DNA of 64,000 nucleotides, taken from Meyerozyma guilliermondii. Taxonomy: Eukaryota. Below are positions 61,410-64,000 of this stretch, piece by piece. Where the stretch lies: the NCBI GenBank assembly GCA_051546255.1, contig CP128815.1, positions 682,001 to 746,000 on the forward strand. The letters run 5' to 3'. Position 1 is the first letter of the stretch; the number at the start of each line of letters is the position of its first letter. Under the pieces are notes generated by a model. It had not been told where the DNA came from. It saw nothing but the letters and a program-made list of their open reading frames with translations, and did no database searches. A program made the position numbers and the translations under genes.

Positions 61410-63176
61410 CTATACGATGCCTAGTACAAACTCCAATACGCTGACTGAAAGACTTAAGAGGATGATGAGAAGAATCATCCATGTTATTCGGGTTGTGTTG
61501 CTTTCGTTCATACTGTCACTTATGATGTCCAGAAACTCCAAGAATACTTTGCAACGATCATTGATTACTTGCACTCTTTGTTCAATTTCCAAGTACTCAC
61601 GAACTCCACTGTAAAGTGGATGAAGTGCTGGTTCTGACGACCAGAAGAATTGTGGAGTGTCGAGAATGGAGCTCGAGAGATTGACATCCACACGAAGTTT
61701 GAAAAGTTTTCCTGATTTTTTGAGTAATTGTGATCTTTTGAGACCAAGACGGCCAGTTAATGCAAGTTTCCGGGGAAGTTTGGAGATCAGTTGTAAGATA
61801 TGAACAATACGACTCTCGAATAGACATAGCTTGGTCAGCTGCGCAATTGCATGAGACATGGTTAATTTAATGAGATGGTCTCCCGACCGAAGTGTAATCA
61901 TGTCATTGTAGATTCTAGGACGATGAATCAGACTATCGTATTCAAAATGAAATTCTTCCGTTTCAATGTCCTGTTCGTCAATGGGGTTGATGAGGAGTGT
62001 GTCTGGCAGGTCTGTAGCAAATGCAAGGTCAGCTAGAATGTTTTTTTCGTGGATCTCTGAAAAGTTCCAAAAAACAACGATTCCATAGCTGAAAATGAAC
62101 ATCTCTCCATGATGTTTAGAGAGCTCAATCTGAGCGTTGATTCGACTGTCCGTCCCGCTGGGTTGATCGGACATGCTTTTATTTGGGGCTGGAATGCTGC
62201 CACCACTATCAGTATCACTCGTAGTTTCGTCTACTGGTGGTGCAAAGAATTGAGGCTCAGATGGATCGAAGGGAGTATTGTCGAAATTTTCCGTTTCTGG
62301 ATCCATTGAGTAGTTTTGAACATCCTCGGGGGTCTCTACTCCAGAGTAGTACTCGTATAAATGATCCGCCTGTTCATTCTTGTTGATCATTTTCTCCATG
62401 AATTGGTTCTTGCGTTCAAGTTTTGCAGAATTGTTCGATTTAACCCTGAAGCCATCGTTTCCCGGCAACAACGGCAACAGGTACGGCACGAAAAGAGACT
62501 CGTCGTAGAGTCGGGGCTTCACCTCGTGATTTTGCGCCAAAAATTTGGACACGGCCTCAATGTTAAACTGTTCGCATATATAGTACGCCGTCATTCGATT
62601 GAATTCGTGTTGCCGATCCTCCTTGGACATCAATTCTGCTCGCGATCTTTGGATCTGGGTCTGGAGTTCGGGTGATATTTGGGACAGAAGTGCCATGGGT
62701 GGTGGAGGTGAAGTGTAACGCTGTTGCTCAGGAATGAGTACAAGTTTTTGGGAAGTCTTGGAAGTTCTGGAAGGAAGTGACTGGGAAAGTTTGGGAATGC
62801 TACGGATGGGATTTCGACTGTAGCCTTCTACAGGAGGAGACATTGGTCTATGTTGAGGAGATGAAGGATGACTCGCTAGCTGAGGTGGTAGTCTGCTCTG
62901 CCCTGATGGTATATCACTAGAATTGCTAAGAAGCTTATCGACGGAAATATCGGTGTATTTGTTAACACGGTTCACTAGTCGTTTGTGTAGCGGGCCTGAA
63001 CTCAAAGGTTGACCTTGTTGTTGGAGTTGTTTCTTATAATTATGCCCGGCAAACGGAGCTCTCGTTCCCTTTATGCCATTTGTTCTGGAGTCTGTGACCA
63101 AGATAGAAGGCGACCTTTTGGCGGTGGGCCTTCGGATCTCGCGGTTTCCCGAGGTATAGGGCGAGTTTGTACTCAT
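61410..63176 (-). CDS. RMD8: DUF155/RMD1-family protein Rmd8
   Basis: KRSPSILVTD N-terminal motif, FIFSYGIVVFWNF, REYLEIEQRVQVIN, C-terminal TM; first ATG at 63176. Confidence 0.88.
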   Translation of the reverse strand: MSTNSPYTSGNREIRRPTAKRSPSILVTDSRTNGIKGTRAPFAGHNYKKQLQQQGQPLSSGPLHKRLVNRVNKYTDISVDKLLSNSSDIPSGQSRLPPQLASHPSSPQHRPMSPPVEGYSRNPIRSIPKLSQSLPSRTSKTSQKLVLIPEQQRYTSPPPPMALLSQISPELQTQIQRSRAELMSKEDRQHEFNRMTAYYICEQFNIEAVSKFLAQNHEVKPRLYDESLFVPYLLPLLPGNDGFRVKSNNSAKLERKNQFMEKMINKNEQADHLYEYYSGVETPEDVQNYSMDPETENFDNTPFDPSEPQFFAPPVDETTSDTDSGGSIPAPNKSMSDQPSGTDSRINAQIELSKHHGEMFIFSYGIVVFWNFSEIHEKNILADLAFATDLPDTLLINPIDEQDIETEEFHFEYDSLIHRPRIYNDMITLRSGDHLIKLTMSHAIAQLTKLCLFESRIVHILQLISKLPRKLALTGRLGLKRSQLLKKSGKLFKLRVDVNLSSSILDTPQFFWSSEPALHPLYSGVREYLEIEQRVQVINDRCKVFLEFLDIISDSMNESNTTRITWMILLIILLSLSVSVLEFVLGIV

Positions 63177-63415
63177 GCCAGATAAGGGCAGAAATAAGTT
63201 GTTGGTTGCTTGATGGGTTCCTGCTGTGGTTTGTGCAGGAATCAACAGAGACGGACAATCTCAAAGAATACGGAAATAAAAATGAAATAGAAAAGTGGAA
63301 AAAGGTGGTTTTCTTGTTGATTTGAGCACGTAGCACCTCAGAGATAACATTAGAGCTCCATCGTCACTTAACCACCCTTAGTTTCTGTGAATACACATCC
63401 AATTCTCCGCTCTGT

Positions 63416-63441
63416 GTCACGTGACGATGACTGAAAAATTT
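63416..63441. promoter_or_regulatory. Cbf1 palindrome and RRPE upstream of GUS1
   Basis: GTCACGTGAC at 63416-63425; TGAAAAATTT at 63432-63441. Confidence 0.65.
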
Positions 63442-63475
63442 CAATGTCTCAAAAATACTCAGTGATTCATCCTTT

Positions 63476-64000
63476 ATGAAATTAGTTGTAGCAGCAAAGG
63501 CAGCCACTTTGGGCTATCCTGTGTTGATTGCAGTGAATCTCATTAACAACTCCAACAACTCCGAATCTATTGAAGTCGAATATGTGGACGATAAAGCCGC
63601 AAGCGACAAGGATGCTCCAATCAACTTGATCACTGAAAGTGGTTCAGAAATCGTTAGACAAGAATTGGCTCTTGCCCACTTGGGAATCAAGTTCCCAGAC
63701 ATCATCAAAAATGCAGAAGAATCTGAATCGTGGTTTGAATTCGCCATCACCAAATTGTACGTCAAAAACTTTAAGCAATTGACTGGTGATCTCGAAAAGC
63801 TCGATGCGCATTTGAATTTGAGAAGTACTATAGTTGGCTATTCCGTGTCTGCTGCTGATATTGCTGTATGGGGTGTATTGAGAGCCAACGCATTGATGGG
63901 TTCAGTCATCAAGAACGAGGTTTATCAGAATGTTTCTCGTTGGTACAACTTCATTGCCTCTAACAAGGCATTTGAAGGTGCAGTGGAAACCATGACCAAG
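63476..64000 (+). CDS. GUS1: Cytosolic glutamyl-tRNA synthetase, N-terminal GST-like domain (runs off the window)
   Basis: Not in the ORF track because it has no stop in the window: MKLVVAAKAATLGYPVLIA...LEKLDAHLNLRSTIVGYSVSAADIAVWGVLRANALMGSVIKNEVYQNVSRWY. Confidence 0.88.
   Translation, partial: MKLVVAAKAATLGYPVLIAVNLINNSNNSESIEVEYVDDKAASDKDAPINLITESGSEIVRQELALAHLGIKFPDIIKNAEESESWFEFAITKLYVKNFKQLTGDLEKLDAHLNLRSTIVGYSVSAADIAVWGVLRANALMGSVIKNEVYQNVSRWYNFIASNKAFEGAVETMTK

Noticed and set aside
63444..63479. 11-codon upstream ORF whose TGA overlaps the GUS1 ATG
   Set aside because: Starts immediately after the RRPE element, so probably upstream of the TSS
1..64000. Prokaryotic systems (CRISPR, defence islands, operons) and intact transposons
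   Set aside because: The sequence is a eukaryotic yeast chromosome; no repeat-spacer arrays, LTRs, TIRs or transposase/RT catalytic domains were seen

Overview
Gene-dense eukaryotic DNA from a budding yeast of the CUG-Ser (CTG) clade: CTG codons fall at positions that are conserved Ser in GPH1 and RMD8, so the supplied standard-code translations misread some residues. About 42 protein-coding genes, mostly conserved yeast housekeeping genes (RRP12, MRPS16, RPP0, PPN1, YOX1/YHP1, RPS18, YML6, KEX1, GPH1, IOC4, MCM1, PSP1, RIM15, REX2, ACB1, RTF1, RPL34, RPS28, GLN4, THG1, RPA135, SWT1, RMD8, GUS1). There are two short spliceosomal introns, one probable box C/D snoRNA, and a divergent sugar-porter/intracellular GH5 pair. 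No tRNA, rRNA, CRISPR or intact transposon was seen. The best novelty candidate is the ORF at 28506-29360, directly upstream of MCM1. It appears to be built from two copies of a unit made of a degenerate MADS-box dimerisation module without the DNA-binding basic region, followed by a transmembrane hairpin: a possible membrane-anchored Mcm1-derived protein. Other notable items: a kinase/XLF-like divergent pair with only 10 bp between start codons, a stand-alone WRKY-GCM1/Mutator-type zinc-finger protein, a stalkless Flo11-like secreted protein, and an orphan at the SPO77 syntenic position with Ndt80-like sites. All assignments come from recognising sequence by eye; no searches were run.
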